Part shown: piece after piece, positions 16,390-26,366 of the stretch | How the letters are laid out: every line of letters starts with the position of its first letter | How positions within the stretch are numbered: the first letter of the stretch is position 1 | Assembly (NCBI GenBank): GCA_042571305.1 | Contig: JBHPHS010000001.1 | Location: 2,781-66,780 of the forward strand | DNA: 64,000 nucleotides | Direction of reading: 5' to 3' | DNA from: Patescibacteria group bacterium | Lineage (GTDB): Bacteria; Patescibacteriota; Microgenomatia; UBA8517 | Position numbers and translations under genes: made by a program | Notes under the pieces: generated by a model | What the model was told of the DNA's origin: nothing | Databases searched by the model: none | The model's input: only the letters and a program-made list of their open reading frames with translations

Positions 16390-18927
16390 TCAAGGAGTGG
16401 GTGAAGGTGTAGCATCCCAGGCAATATTAACGCCAATGGTTATATTCCTGTCAGACTCATTTCCACTGGAATCTTTTGCTTTAGCACGAAGGGTATGAAT
16501 TCCATCAGAAAGATCAGCTTGATATTCATATGGGGGAGCATCAAAGGTTCTCATCTTAGTTCCATCAATCTCAAGTTCAATCTGAACAATGGTACTTGTT
16601 GAATCAGCTTTTACTTTAACCGTAAAGGTATTTGGGATGTTTGAGGTTCTATCTGTTGGGTTGACAAACTCAACATTTATTGGAATTTGGGTTCCACAGT
16701 AATCAGTTGGAGGATGATACTTGGAATCACTTTGCGTATTTAGCCAGTTTAGAATTCCTTCCTGCCACCTGTTTTGTCCACCGGATCCTGCGGTTGGATC
16801 CTCCTCCTTAAATACAAAAAACTCTTTTTCTTCATAATTTCCTGCTGCAACATCTGATGGTGTTGCTAGCTTTCCATCGGATTTACAAACCTTAAGCTTT
16901 GTGTGCACTGTATCCTCACCTGGTTCCGTTCCTTTAATAAAATACTCTGTTCTTGAGGAATACCCATCATGTTCCCGATATCCAGATACACTATCCACCG
17001 AGGCTGTTACAACTCCATCCGGAATTTCAAATCCTGCGTTTGATTTTCCTTTTAAAGCTTCCTGGGTAATTTTCCTCCAAATAGGTGTTGCTCCTGAGAT
17101 TCCTGAGGCGACAGATTTCATAGGGGAGTTATCGTTATTACCCACCCAAACACCAACCATGGCGCTGTTGTTTCCTCCCACAGCCCAGTTATCTCTTTTG
17201 TCATTGGTTGTACCTGTTTTAACCATTACACCGGCTAAATTAAGAAGAGAGTTTGTGCCGAATATTTCTTTTCTGGCATCATTATCGGAAAGTATATTTG
17301 CAATTAAAAATGCTTGTTCGGAGGTAAGTACTTTTTTGCCATCGGATGATGCCTTTTTAGGTTTTACCTCCTCTAAAACCTTACCGTTTGAATCCTCAAC
17401 TTTTAGAACTGAGATAGGTTCAACGTGATACCCCTTATTTACAAATGTACAATAGGCATCAGTTAGTTCAAGCAGTTTAACCTCTCCGCCTCCAAGGGTC
17501 ATTGAAAGACCTAACCTGCTCAAATTTTCCTTTGTTGGTTCAAGAGTGGTAAGTCCTAAATCATAAGCAGTTTTTAAAGTATCTTTAATTCCAACCAAGG
17601 CAAGTGTTTTTACTGCAATTAAGTTTATGGAATTAGCCAGTGCATATCTTAACTGTATCGGTCCCCTATATTCTCCATCATAGTTTTCAGGTTTATAATC
17701 GGGTTGACCCGTACCACCAGGAAATGTGGTTGGTACATCCATCAGCATGGTTGAGGCTGTGTAACCTTTTTTAAACGCAGTAGCATAAGTAATTGGTTTT
17801 ATTGCACTTCCGGGTTGTCTGAGTGAGGTTGTAACATTAACCTGTCCGTCATAATCAGGATCATTAAAGTTTTTAGAGCCCACCATTGCCAAAATTTCTC
17901 CAGTTTCTGGATTAATCACCACGGCTGCGCCATTTGTAATGTGCTGTCCTTCAACTTTAGCAATCTCAGCAGCTACAATATCCTGTGCTTCTTCCTGAAG
18001 CGCAAGATCAAGCGTGGTGGTAACCTGAAGACCACCTTGCTCAACAATGTTTTCCCCGTACCTATCCTCGAGCACCTTTTGAACAAACTGAACAAAGTGC
18101 GGAGCTTTAAAATCCGCTCCTCTTGCTTGGAATTTTACATTCTCAAGCTGATTTCCAACCTCTTCCTCTTGATCTTTGGTAATGTAATCATCTTCTCTCA
18201 TTCTTCTTAAAACCTCTTTTGTTCTTGCAATATATGCATCCGGTGTTGAGGAATAGGGAGAATAGGAAGATGGTCTTTGGGGAAGTCCTGCTAAAATTGC
18301 ACTTTGGGTTAAGTTCAAATCCTTCACACTTGTACCAAAATACATTTCACTAGCAGATTCAACCCCCCAAGCAGTCCCACCATATGGGGCTTCATTAAGA
18401 TACATCTGCAAAATCTCATCTTTTGAATATTTCCTTTCAATCTGAACAGCTAAAACGAATTCCTTAATTTTTCGAAAGATACTTCGCTCCGGTGTTAAAA
18501 GTACATTTTTTACAAGCTGCTGGGTTAGAGTTGATCCACCCTGAGCACGCCCTCTGGTAAAAAGCCTCAGTGCACCTCTTGCCATTCCAAAAGGATCAAA
18601 ACCACTATGCTTGTAAAAGTTTTTATCCTCAATAGCAATTGTGGCTTGTCTTAAATAAAGTGGAACTTCATCCAGATTAACAGGAGACCTTCTTTCACTA
18701 GAGTAAATATCATACAAAGCCTCACCGTTCCTGTCTAAAATCTTTGTGGAAAATCCTTCACGCCTGACAATTTTATCGGGTGAGGGAAGATTAAAGGCAA
18801 ATAAAGGAAAAACAAAAAATAGAAGCAAAAAAAGTCCAACTACACCAATAAACACAAGCTTCGCTAGAGCAGCAATTCTTCTTGCTCTTTTAACTGACTT
18901 TCTTCTTCTTATTTTATCCTTCCACAT
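16390..18927 (-). CDS. Class A penicillin-binding protein (PBP1A family) with C-terminal Ig-like domain
   Basis: EDKNFYKH, GGSTLTQQL, RKIKE; SAIK, SIN and KTG transpeptidase motifs. Confidence 0.93.
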   Translation of the reverse strand: MWKDKIRRRKSVKRARRIAALAKLVFIGVVGLFLLLFFVFPLFAFNLPSPDKIVRREGFSTKILDRNGEALYDIYSSERRSPVNLDEVPLYLRQATIAIEDKNFYKHSGFDPFGMARGALRLFTRGRAQGGSTLTQQLVKNVLLTPERSIFRKIKEFVLAVQIERKYSKDEILQMYLNEAPYGGTAWGVESASEMYFGTSVKDLNLTQSAILAGLPQRPSSYSPYSSTPDAYIARTKEVLRRMREDDYITKDQEEEVGNQLENVKFQARGADFKAPHFVQFVQKVLEDRYGENIVEQGGLQVTTTLDLALQEEAQDIVAAEIAKVEGQHITNGAAVVINPETGEILAMVGSKNFNDPDYDGQVNVTTSLRQPGSAIKPITYATAFKKGYTASTMLMDVPTTFPGGTGQPDYKPENYDGEYRGPIQLRYALANSINLIAVKTLALVGIKDTLKTAYDLGLTTLEPTKENLSRLGLSMTLGGGEVKLLELTDAYCTFVNKGYHVEPISVLKVEDSNGKVLEEVKPKKASSDGKKVLTSEQAFLIANILSDNDARKEIFGTNSLLNLAGVMVKTGTTNDKRDNWAVGGNNSAMVGVWVGNNDNSPMKSVASGISGATPIWRKITQEALKGKSNAGFEIPDGVVTASVDSVSGYREHDGYSSRTEYFIKGTEPGEDTVHTKLKVCKSDGKLATPSDVAAGNYEEKEFFVFKEEDPTAGSGGQNRWQEGILNWLNTQSDSKYHPPTDYCGTQIPINVEFVNPTDRTSNIPNTFTVKVKADSTSTIVQIELEIDGTKMRTFDAPPYEYQADLSDGIHTLRAKAKDSSGNESDRNITIGVNIAWDATPSPTP

Positions 18928-18979
18928 AGATTACCTATACTACATTGTAACAAATACTCACACATAGTAAAATTAAATT

Positions 18980-20149
18980 ATGAATAAGCTGGATGAAGTG
19001 TTAACAAGAGGGGTTGAAAAGATCCTGCCTGACAAAAAAGGATTAGCTGACCTTATGTTAAAAAAGAAAATTAAGCTATATCAAGGATTTGATCCATCCA
19101 TGCCTTCCTTGCACCTGGGTAATCTTGTTGGACTTGTCAAACTTGCCCAATTTCAGAAACTAGGTCATGAGGTAATATTTTTGGTTGGTGATTTTACAGG
19201 AATGATAGGAGACCCAACCGATAAATTGGCAACCAGAAAACAATTAACAAGAAAGCAAGTAATGGAAAATGCAAAATCTTGGAAACAGCAAGCATCTAAA
19301 CTTCTTGATTTTGAAGGGAAAAATCCCGCTAAGATTCTTTTTAACTCCGAGTGGAGCGACAAAACAAACTTTAAGGATTTAATTGAAATAACCTCAAAGT
19401 TTACGGTTCAACAGATGCTTGAGAGAGACATGTTTCAAGAAAGACTGAAGAAGAATGAACCTATCTATTTACATGAACTTTTATATCCCGTAGCTCAAGC
19501 CCAAGATTGTGTTGAAATGGATGTTGATTTGGAAATAGGTGGCAACGACCAACTGTTTAACATAATGGCTGGTAGAACCTTGATGAAATCTGTTAAAGGT
19601 AAGGAGAAATACGTACTAACAACAAAACTCTTGATCGATAAAGAGGGTAATAAGGTTGGTAAGACCACAGGTAACGCTTTATTTCTTGATTCAACACCCG
19701 AGATATTGTATGCAGGAATAATGTCCTTTCCGGATGAGGTGATATATCTTGGTTTTGAGCTTTTAACCAGTGTCTCTCTTGAAAATATAGAAAAAGAAAT
19801 TAAAAAAGACCCCATGACTTCCAAGAAAAAACTTGCTTTTGAAATAGTAAAAATGTTTTGGGGAGAAAAAAATGCAAAAGATTCTCAAGGTACTTTTGAA
19901 AAAACTTTTCAAAAAGGGCAACTTCCAAAAAATATGAAAGAGATTAAGCTCAAGGAAAATAGTCTTCCTTTACTGGATTTGGTTTTTGCAAGCAAATTGG
20001 TATCAAGCAGATCAGAGGCCAAAAGACTTATAAATCAAAAAGCTGTGGATGTAAACGAAAAAACAATAAATGATACAACCCATGAGGTAAAGCTTCCCGC
20101 GGTTTTAAAGATTGGAAAAACAAAATTTGTTAAAATAGTAAAATCATGA
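18980..20149 (+). CDS. tyrS: Tyrosine--tRNA ligase
   Basis: GFDPS..LHLGN, GGNDQ, KVGKT, S4 domain. Confidence 0.96.
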   Translation: MNKLDEVLTRGVEKILPDKKGLADLMLKKKIKLYQGFDPSMPSLHLGNLVGLVKLAQFQKLGHEVIFLVGDFTGMIGDPTDKLATRKQLTRKQVMENAKSWKQQASKLLDFEGKNPAKILFNSEWSDKTNFKDLIEITSKFTVQQMLERDMFQERLKKNEPIYLHELLYPVAQAQDCVEMDVDLEIGGNDQLFNIMAGRTLMKSVKGKEKYVLTTKLLIDKEGNKVGKTTGNALFLDSTPEILYAGIMSFPDEVIYLGFELLTSVSLENIEKEIKKDPMTSKKKLAFEIVKMFWGEKNAKDSQGTFEKTFQKGQLPKNMKEIKLKENSLPLLDLVFASKLVSSRSEAKRLINQKAVDVNEKTINDTTHEVKLPAVLKIGKTKFVKIVKS

Positions 20150-20250
20150 TGCTTTCAAAACGAGCTAAGAAAATATTTGTAGTTGTTACCGTGATTGCTT
20201 TTTTAGCACTTTTGGCCGGAGCCATCCTTCCATATCTTATTTATAGATGA
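20146..20250 (+). CDS. 34 aa single-TM microprotein
   Basis: MMLSKRAKKIFVVVTVIAFLALLAGAILPYLIYR; ATGA overlaps with both the tyrS stop and the recG start. Confidence 0.65.
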   Translation: MMLSKRAKKIFVVVTVIAFLALLAGAILPYLIYR

Positions 20251-22199
20251 AGCTAGATACCCCAATCTCTGAGTTTCCCTCGGTTGGACCTGTCTACAGC
20301 CAAAGGTTAACAAAGCTCGGAATAAACTGCCTACAGGATCTTCTTCTTCATATTCCTCATAGATACCTTGATTTTAGCCAGCTTTCAAAAGTTATAAATG
20401 CGAAGGTTGATGAAATCATAACAGTAAAAGGAAAAATGGTTTCTTTAAAAAATCAATACTCAAGACGTGGCCTTAAAATGCAAATAGGATCATTTGAAGA
20501 TGAAAGCGGAAAGATGTTGGTCGTTTGGTTTAACCAGCCATTTTTAATAAAAACCTTATATCCGGGACGAAGCGTTTCTCTTTCCGGTAAGGTGGGGTTT
20601 TTTGGTGCACAAAAAGCTTTGATTTCTCCGGAATATGAAATTCTTGGAGAGGCAACTGATACAACCCACACCGGAAGGATTGTACCAATTTATCCGGAAA
20701 CCTCTGGAGTTTCCTCAAAATGGTTGAGGCACAAAATTAAAACTGCACTTAAGGATATAAAAATAAAGGAAACTCTTCCAAAAGAAATATTAAAAGAAGA
20801 AAGTCTCATGTCCGTTAAAAAAGCACTTGAGGTAATTCATTTCCCAAAAGAAAACGACCCAATTAACGAGGCAAGGAAAAGACTTGCTTTTGATGAGCTT
20901 TTAGATCTGCAAGTTAAAAGTATTAAAAGAAAGCAAAACTGGCAAAAAAACAAATCACAATTTAGGCTTGACCCTAAACAAATAAACAAAAAGCCTTTCA
21001 TTGATTCTCTTCCCTTCAAACTTACCAAGTCTCAAAAGACAGCGGTTGATGAAATTGTTTCCGATATGACCAAAGCCTATCCAATGAATAGACTTCTGGA
21101 GGGGGATGTAGGGTCTGGGAAAACAGTTGTTGCCGCAATTGCTGCTTTTGAAACCTTTTTGGTAGGTTTGCAAACCGTGGTTATGGCACCTACCCAAATT
21201 CTTGCCAGGCAACACTTCAACACATTAAATTCACTTTTTAAAAAGTTTAAAGTAAGAATCACTCTTTTAACATCAGCAACCAAAGATATCCCTTTAGGAA
21301 GAGCTGATATCTTTGTAGGAACACATTCATTAATTCACAATAAAATTAATTTTGATAGAGTTGGATTGGTGGTAATTGATGAACAACACCGCTTCGGAGT
21401 AGAACAAAGGGCACATCTTGTAAAAAAATCCTCAAAATCCGGCAAAATTCCGCATGTATTAACCATGACAGCAACTCCCATCCCCAGAACCATTGCCCTA
21501 ACCGCATATGGAGATTTAGACCTTTCAACCTTAAAAGAAATGCCAGAAGGAAGGCAAATTATAACTACTTGGGTTGTACCACAAACAAAAAGGAAATCCG
21601 CATTTGGCTGGATTAAAAAACATATCAAAAACCAAAACTCTCAAGCTTTTGTGATTTGCCCATTAATTGAGGAAAGTGAAAAAGAGGGTATGCAGGAGGT
21701 GAAAGCTGTCACCAAAGAACTGACAGATCTTAAAAAGGTATTTAAGGCATTTAAACTTGAGGGACTTCATGGAAGAATGAAAGCAGAAGAAAAAAACAAG
21801 ATTCTTTCCAAATTCAAAAAAGGGGAAATTGATATTTTGGTTTCAACCCCCGTTGTTGAGGTAGGAATTGATATGCCCAACGCAACAATCATGGTAATTG
21901 AGGAATCGGAGAGATTTGGTCTTGCACAGCTACATCAATTAAGAGGAAGAGTCGGAAGGGGAGAGAAGAAATCATATTGTATGCTTTTTGCAAAAAAACC
22001 AACCAAAAGAATCTCGGCAATGACTAGAAACTTAAATGGTTTTGAACTTGCGGAGCTTGATTTGAAATTAAGAGGACCCGGTGAGGTTTTTGGTAAACTT
22101 CAGCATGGATTTGTTGATTTAAAGATTGCCTCCTGGAGCAATTTTGATTTAATTAAAAAGGCAAAAGAAGTTGCCCTAAAGCTTTTACCTGTTGCTTAA
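20247..22199 (+). CDS. recG: ATP-dependent DNA helicase RecG
   Basis: GDVGSGKT, DEQHRFG, TATPIPRT, QLRGRVGRG. Confidence 0.96.
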   Translation: MKLDTPISEFPSVGPVYSQRLTKLGINCLQDLLLHIPHRYLDFSQLSKVINAKVDEIITVKGKMVSLKNQYSRRGLKMQIGSFEDESGKMLVVWFNQPFLIKTLYPGRSVSLSGKVGFFGAQKALISPEYEILGEATDTTHTGRIVPIYPETSGVSSKWLRHKIKTALKDIKIKETLPKEILKEESLMSVKKALEVIHFPKENDPINEARKRLAFDELLDLQVKSIKRKQNWQKNKSQFRLDPKQINKKPFIDSLPFKLTKSQKTAVDEIVSDMTKAYPMNRLLEGDVGSGKTVVAAIAAFETFLVGLQTVVMAPTQILARQHFNTLNSLFKKFKVRITLLTSATKDIPLGRADIFVGTHSLIHNKINFDRVGLVVIDEQHRFGVEQRAHLVKKSSKSGKIPHVLTMTATPIPRTIALTAYGDLDLSTLKEMPEGRQIITTWVVPQTKRKSAFGWIKKHIKNQNSQAFVICPLIEESEKEGMQEVKAVTKELTDLKKVFKAFKLEGLHGRMKAEEKNKILSKFKKGEIDILVSTPVVEVGIDMPNATIMVIEESERFGLAQLHQLRGRVGRGEKKSYCMLFAKKPTKRISAMTRNLNGFELAELDLKLRGPGEVFGKLQHGFVDLKIASWSNFDLIKKAKEVALKLLPVA

Positions 22200-22232
22200 G
22201 AAGGCTTTGTTGATTTAAAATTACGGCTGTAT

Positions 22233-22391
22233 ATGACACCATTACCGAAAAAGAAACACACGAAAGGAAGGTCCGGAAGAAGAAGGGGTGGACAGGTTAA
22301 AACCGCAATTCCAAACTTAAGTCGTTGTCCTAAGTGCAAAAAACTAAAACAATCCCATCAGGCTTGCCGTTATTGTGGCTTTTATAAATGA
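22233..22391 (+). CDS. rpmF: 50S ribosomal protein L32 (missed by track)
   Basis: MTPLPKKKHTKGRSGRRR..CPKC..SHQACRYCGFYK. Confidence 0.93.
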   Translation: MTPLPKKKHTKGRSGRRRGGQVKTAIPNLSRCPKCKKLKQSHQACRYCGFYK

Positions 22392-22765
22392 AAACCTCCT
22401 CTGACCCACGACACAAAAGAAGAAGAGATGCTGTAAAGGCATTATTTGCCCAAAGCTTTGCCACCCAACCTGTTAAAGTTGAACTTGCAAGAGAGGTTTT
22501 AAAGAAAAAAAGCACCCTTGATAAAAAAATCCAAAGCGCTGCTGAGACCTGGCCTGTTGAGAAGCTTAACAAGATTGATCATGCAATACTAAGACTTGCC
22601 GTATATGAGCTTGAAGAAGAGAAAACCCCTCCTAAGGTAGTAATTGATGAAGCGGTTGAGCTGGCAAAAGAGTATGGAGGAGAAAATTCATCTTCCTTTG
22701 TAAACGGAGTTTTAGGTACAATTTATAAAAAGCAGAAAGGGGAAATTAGTGGACAAAACGAATAA
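22388..22765 (+). CDS. nusB: Transcription antitermination factor NusB
   Basis: AILRLAVYEL..KVVIDEAVELAKEYG..FVNGVL. Confidence 0.95.
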   Translation: MKTSSDPRHKRRRDAVKALFAQSFATQPVKVELAREVLKKKSTLDKKIQSAAETWPVEKLNKIDHAILRLAVYELEEEKTPPKVVIDEAVELAKEYGGENSSSFVNGVLGTIYKKQKGEISGQNE

Positions 22766-22991
22766 AATTAAGGAAAAGATTAAAAAAGATTTAGCTGAGT
22801 TTTTGGGTGTTGACACTGATGATATAGATAGCCAGGACAACATAATGCAGGATCTACATATGTCACCGTCTGATGCAACTGACTTTCTTTCCGTTATGGA
22901 AGAGAAAGGATATGATATAACCGGACTTGATTTAACTGAAATTGAAACATTTGATGAGCTTGCAGATTTTTTAATAACCCATACCGAATGA
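22749..22991 (+). CDS. Acyl carrier protein-like (degenerate DSL motif)
   Basis: Acidic 80 aa, LAEFLGV..DL..IETFDEL; located before rnc like acpP. Confidence 0.65.
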   Translation: MDKTNKIKEKIKKDLAEFLGVDTDDIDSQDNIMQDLHMSPSDATDFLSVMEEKGYDITGLDLTEIETFDELADFLITHTE

Positions 22992-23671
22992 CTGATTTAA
23001 AAATAATTAAAGATTCTTTCTCAGACAAAAGCCTGTTTGATATGGCAATGACTCACCGCTCTTGGGTAAATGAGCACACAGGGGTAAGGCGTTCTAACGA
23101 AAGACTGGAGTTTCTGGGAGATGCGATCTTGGAATATGTGGTTTCATACATTCTTTATCAGCGGTTTACCCAAAAAGAAGAAGGATACCTAACTGCACTT
23201 CGTGCAAGTTTGGTAAACACGGTATCATTAGCTGCTGTTGCCAAAAAACTTAAATTAGGTAGTCAAATACATCTTTCAAAAGGCGAAGAAGAAGGGGGAG
23301 GACGAGAAAACACATCTCTTCTTGCCGATACGGTTGAGGCATTAATTGGAGCGGTTTACTTGGACTCTGGACTTGACGGAGCAACTACCTTTATCGAAAA
23401 AAACATTCTTAACGACCTTTCAAAAAAGGCCAAAGAACCTTTAAAAGATTCTAAAAGTACTCTTCAGGAGTATGTTCAAGCAAAAGGATTTTCCACACCA
23501 AGGTACCAAGTTGTAGAAGAATCAGGACCCGATCATGACAAAAAGTTTGTGACCGATGTTTGGGTAGGTAATGAGGTTTGGGGAAGGGGAGTGGGAACCA
23601 ATAAAAGCACCTCCGAGCAAGAAGCTGCAAAGAATGCTATTAAAAACTACTGTGAAAAGGATCTAAAATAA
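22988..23671 (+). CDS. rnc: Ribonuclease III
   Basis: NERLEFLGDA, LADTVEALIGA, dsRBD. Confidence 0.97.
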   Translation: MTDLKIIKDSFSDKSLFDMAMTHRSWVNEHTGVRRSNERLEFLGDAILEYVVSYILYQRFTQKEEGYLTALRASLVNTVSLAAVAKKLKLGSQIHLSKGEEEGGGRENTSLLADTVEALIGAVYLDSGLDGATTFIEKNILNDLSKKAKEPLKDSKSTLQEYVQAKGFSTPRYQVVEESGPDHDKKFVTDVWVGNEVWGRGVGTNKSTSEQEAAKNAIKNYCEKDLK

Positions 23672-23686
23672 GGTAAAATACGACCC

Positions 23687-23905
23687 ATGGTAAAAATAAG
23701 ACTGGCAAGAAGAGGAAAGAAAAATGCCCCTTTTTACAGAATTGTTGCCGTTGATTCACGAAAAAAAAGATCAGGAGGGGTCTTGGAAAACTTAGGTTGG
23801 TGGGATCCTCAGCAAAATAAGTTTTTGCTTGATAAAAAGAAGGTTGATGCATGGGTTAAAAAAGGTGCACAAATAACCCAAGGGGTAAGAAAGCTAACAA
23901 AATGA
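23687..23905 (+). CDS. rpsP: 30S ribosomal protein S16
   Basis: MVKIRLARRGKKNAPFYRIVAVDSR. Confidence 0.97.
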   Translation: MVKIRLARRGKKNAPFYRIVAVDSRKKRSGGVLENLGWWDPQQNKFLLDKKKVDAWVKKGAQITQGVRKLTK

Positions 23906-24132
23906 AAAAACTAATCGAATATATACTAGGTAAAATTCTTGGTAAGGGAGAGTTTAACCTAAAAGAAGCTGTTGAGGGAGAGCACACCTCATACACCATT
24001 ACCACAAAACCTGAAAATATCGGAATTGTAATCGGAAAAGGTGGGTCAACCATCAAAGCTCTAAGAAACATCCTTAAGGTTAAGGCCACTTTAGAGAAAA
24101 AAAGCGTTTCTTTAAACGTTGAGGAAGCTTAA
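23902..24132 (+). CDS. khpA: KH-domain RNA-binding protein KhpA
   Basis: IGIVIGKGGSTIKALR; follows rpsP. Confidence 0.88.
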   Translation: MKKLIEYILGKILGKGEFNLKEAVEGEHTSYTITTKPENIGIVIGKGGSTIKALRNILKVKATLEKKSVSLNVEEA

Positions 24133-24136
24133 TTTA

Positions 24137-24820
24137 TTAATTAAAAGGATCACTCCTTGAAGTTGTTTCTGGAGGTAATACATCAGAAAAGGTTGGCAGC
24201 TTCATATCAAGTACTCCCAGAAGAATTTCCTGCTCATCAGTACTTAGAGTTTTAATTGGATCAGTTAAGGCAGGAAGTTTACTGGGAAGCTCCGCCCAAA
24301 AAGAGTTGGTTACCACACTTGCTCTAACAATTCCTAAACTCTCACTCATTTTTATCTTTCCCACCTTTGTTATAGGTGCAAGTTTGCTGATATTTTTAAG
24401 AAACTCCATAACCTGAGGCCTTGCTCCTTCAACATCAAAGGTTAAATCAACCTTGGATATTCCTCCCTTACCTTTAACCTCAGACCCTCCTTTAAGACTG
24501 GAGACACTAACAGAGCTGGCAAAGGCCAGACTTCTAATCTGTGAAATCATAATAAGTATTGGATTTTGAGAAGGAAGTGCAAGTGTTGCAATATCAGCAT
24601 TTTCTGAAGCATCGGCACCCACCGAGGTTAATATATTAAGCTTTTGTGTCAGTACGTTTTTATTTGTCTCTTCTTTTTTAACCTGGGCTCTAATATCTTT
24701 AATCTTTGAAAATCCAAACTTACCTGCAAAGAAAAAAAGAACACTTAATACCAAAAGTGCAGCAATGGGTTTAATCAAGACCCGTACCTTAGGTGGTATG
24801 AAACTAAAACTACTTTTCAT
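24137..24820 (-). CDS. pilO: PilO-like pilus alignment protein
   Basis: TM + coiled coil + ferredoxin-like domain ending DPF; follows pilMN. Confidence 0.7.
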   Translation of the reverse strand: MKSSFSFIPPKVRVLIKPIAALLVLSVLFFFAGKFGFSKIKDIRAQVKKEETNKNVLTQKLNILTSVGADASENADIATLALPSQNPILIMISQIRSLAFASSVSVSSLKGGSEVKGKGGISKVDLTFDVEGARPQVMEFLKNISKLAPITKVGKIKMSESLGIVRASVVTNSFWAELPSKLPALTDPIKTLSTDEQEILLGVLDMKLPTFSDVLPPETTSRSDPFN

Positions 24821-25350
24821 TTTTGTGTAAAACCTAATGAAATAGAATAACCATTTATTGGGCTAAAACCCAAAGACGGCATGATAACATTTTTGTAAAT
24901 CTTTGAATCGGTAACAGATCTAATAAAGTTAGATAATTCAGAAGGATCCTTAAACACTAAAGAAAGATCAATCTTCTTAGGCTCAACTCCAAGCTGCCCT
25001 ACCGAGGTTTGTGTACCAACAGCAGAAAGAACGGATTCTACATTAACAATATCTTTATCCGATGAATCATAACTTGAAAGGGATCTAATTTTACCTACCC
25101 TGTCTTTTAAAAGTACGATCTTTTGTTCAGTGGATTCTTGTGCTCTTACTTCACTTTTTAGCTTACTCACCGTAGTTGAGAGACTTCTTAGCTCATATGA
25201 ACTAACCACAAAAAAAGCAATCATTCCTACTGTGAATATAATAAAGCCTGCAATAGCCGCTATTGCTAAACTTGTCAAAACCCTGGCTATCTTTACAACT
25301 CCGCCTCTGACAGCCAACTCCGGTGGTAATAAATTTAGTTTAATAGCCAT
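24817..25350 (-). CDS. pilN: PilN-like protein
   Basis: N-terminal LNLLP PilM-binding motif, TM, coiled coil. Confidence 0.8.
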   Translation of the reverse strand: MAIKLNLLPPELAVRGGVVKIARVLTSLAIAAIAGFIIFTVGMIAFFVVSSYELRSLSTTVSKLKSEVRAQESTEQKIVLLKDRVGKIRSLSSYDSSDKDIVNVESVLSAVGTQTSVGQLGVEPKKIDLSLVFKDPSELSNFIRSVTDSKIYKNVIMPSLGFSPINGYSISLGFTQK

Positions 25351-25351
25351 G

Positions 25352-26365
25352 CTACTCCTCCCTCATTGCCAGGCCAACCGCAACTGCATAAATTGGTGCA
25401 TATGGGGCTACACTTTTTGCAGCCTGGGGGGTAAGTGCAACTTTGGCAAAGGGATTTCCCACAGCAACTTCCATTCCCAAAAGTTCCGTTAAGTAGGGAA
25501 CAAGTGCCGGCATTCCTACCGTTCCTCCGCAGATAATAACTGCATTAGGTGCATCTCCTTTGTCTTCACTCTGGTAAAAATGAATTGCTTTTTTAATCTC
25601 GTCAGCAATCATCTTTACAACCGGGGCAATGACAGTTTTTACCTTACCCTCGGACTTTTTAACCCCAAGTCCATATGCTTTTTTGTATTCTTCAGCTTGT
25701 TGGTAGGTTACCCCCAACCCTTTAGCAACTGATCTTGTTAGAGCATCACCAGCAACAGCAACTGATCGGGAAAAGGAAAGCATACCGTTTCTACAAACAG
25801 CAATATCGGTTGAGAAGGCACCCAAATCCACAAGTAGCACGGTTTTTCCGGGTGGGGAAAGGGACCTACTTAGTGCCATAAGTTCCGTTTCCACAACAGT
25901 GGTATTTAATCCCGCCAGGCCCACAACATTGACATACTTTTCAACAATTGCCTTAGGGGCAGCAACCAAAAGTACCACAACCTCGGGAGGTGTCGCGTTT
26001 TCCCTTCTTTCCAAAACAACATGCTGAATAACAGCTTCCGCAGCAGGTATGGGAATATACTGATCTGCTTCCCACTTAACTGCAGATACTATTTCTGAAT
26101 CAGTTAACAGGGGAAACTTGATAGTTCTTGTGAAAACATGATTTTCGGGAATTGAAAGAGAAACATCTTTTGAGGTTATCCCTGACTCTTTGTGAAGTTT
26201 TTTTATAGCTTGGGCAAGTGTTGCTGCGGATTTATCGTCTCCAAGTTTATCAGGAGTTACTCCCGAATAGCCTACAACACCAGAGGATTTAAGAGTAATT
26301 TTATCCGCTTTAACCTCAAGCTCAACTATTTTTATGGTTTTGCTACCTATATCCAAACCTACCAT
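25352..26365 (-). CDS. pilM: Type IV pilus assembly protein PilM
   Basis: VGLDIGSKTIK, VDLGA, AVGLAMR actin-like fold. Confidence 0.93.
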   Translation of the reverse strand: MVGLDIGSKTIKIVELEVKADKITLKSSGVVGYSGVTPDKLGDDKSAATLAQAIKKLHKESGITSKDVSLSIPENHVFTRTIKFPLLTDSEIVSAVKWEADQYIPIPAAEAVIQHVVLERRENATPPEVVVLLVAAPKAIVEKYVNVVGLAGLNTTVVETELMALSRSLSPPGKTVLLVDLGAFSTDIAVCRNGMLSFSRSVAVAGDALTRSVAKGLGVTYQQAEEYKKAYGLGVKKSEGKVKTVIAPVVKMIADEIKKAIHFYQSEDKGDAPNAVIICGGTVGMPALVPYLTELLGMEVAVGNPFAKVALTPQAAKSVAPYAPIYAVAVGLAMREE

Positions 26366-26366
26366 G

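Noticed and set aside
16901-17428. Long antisense ORFs (this one, 26645..27067, 46294..46659 and similar)
   Set aside because: Shadows or alternate frames of well-supported genes, with no motifs of their own.
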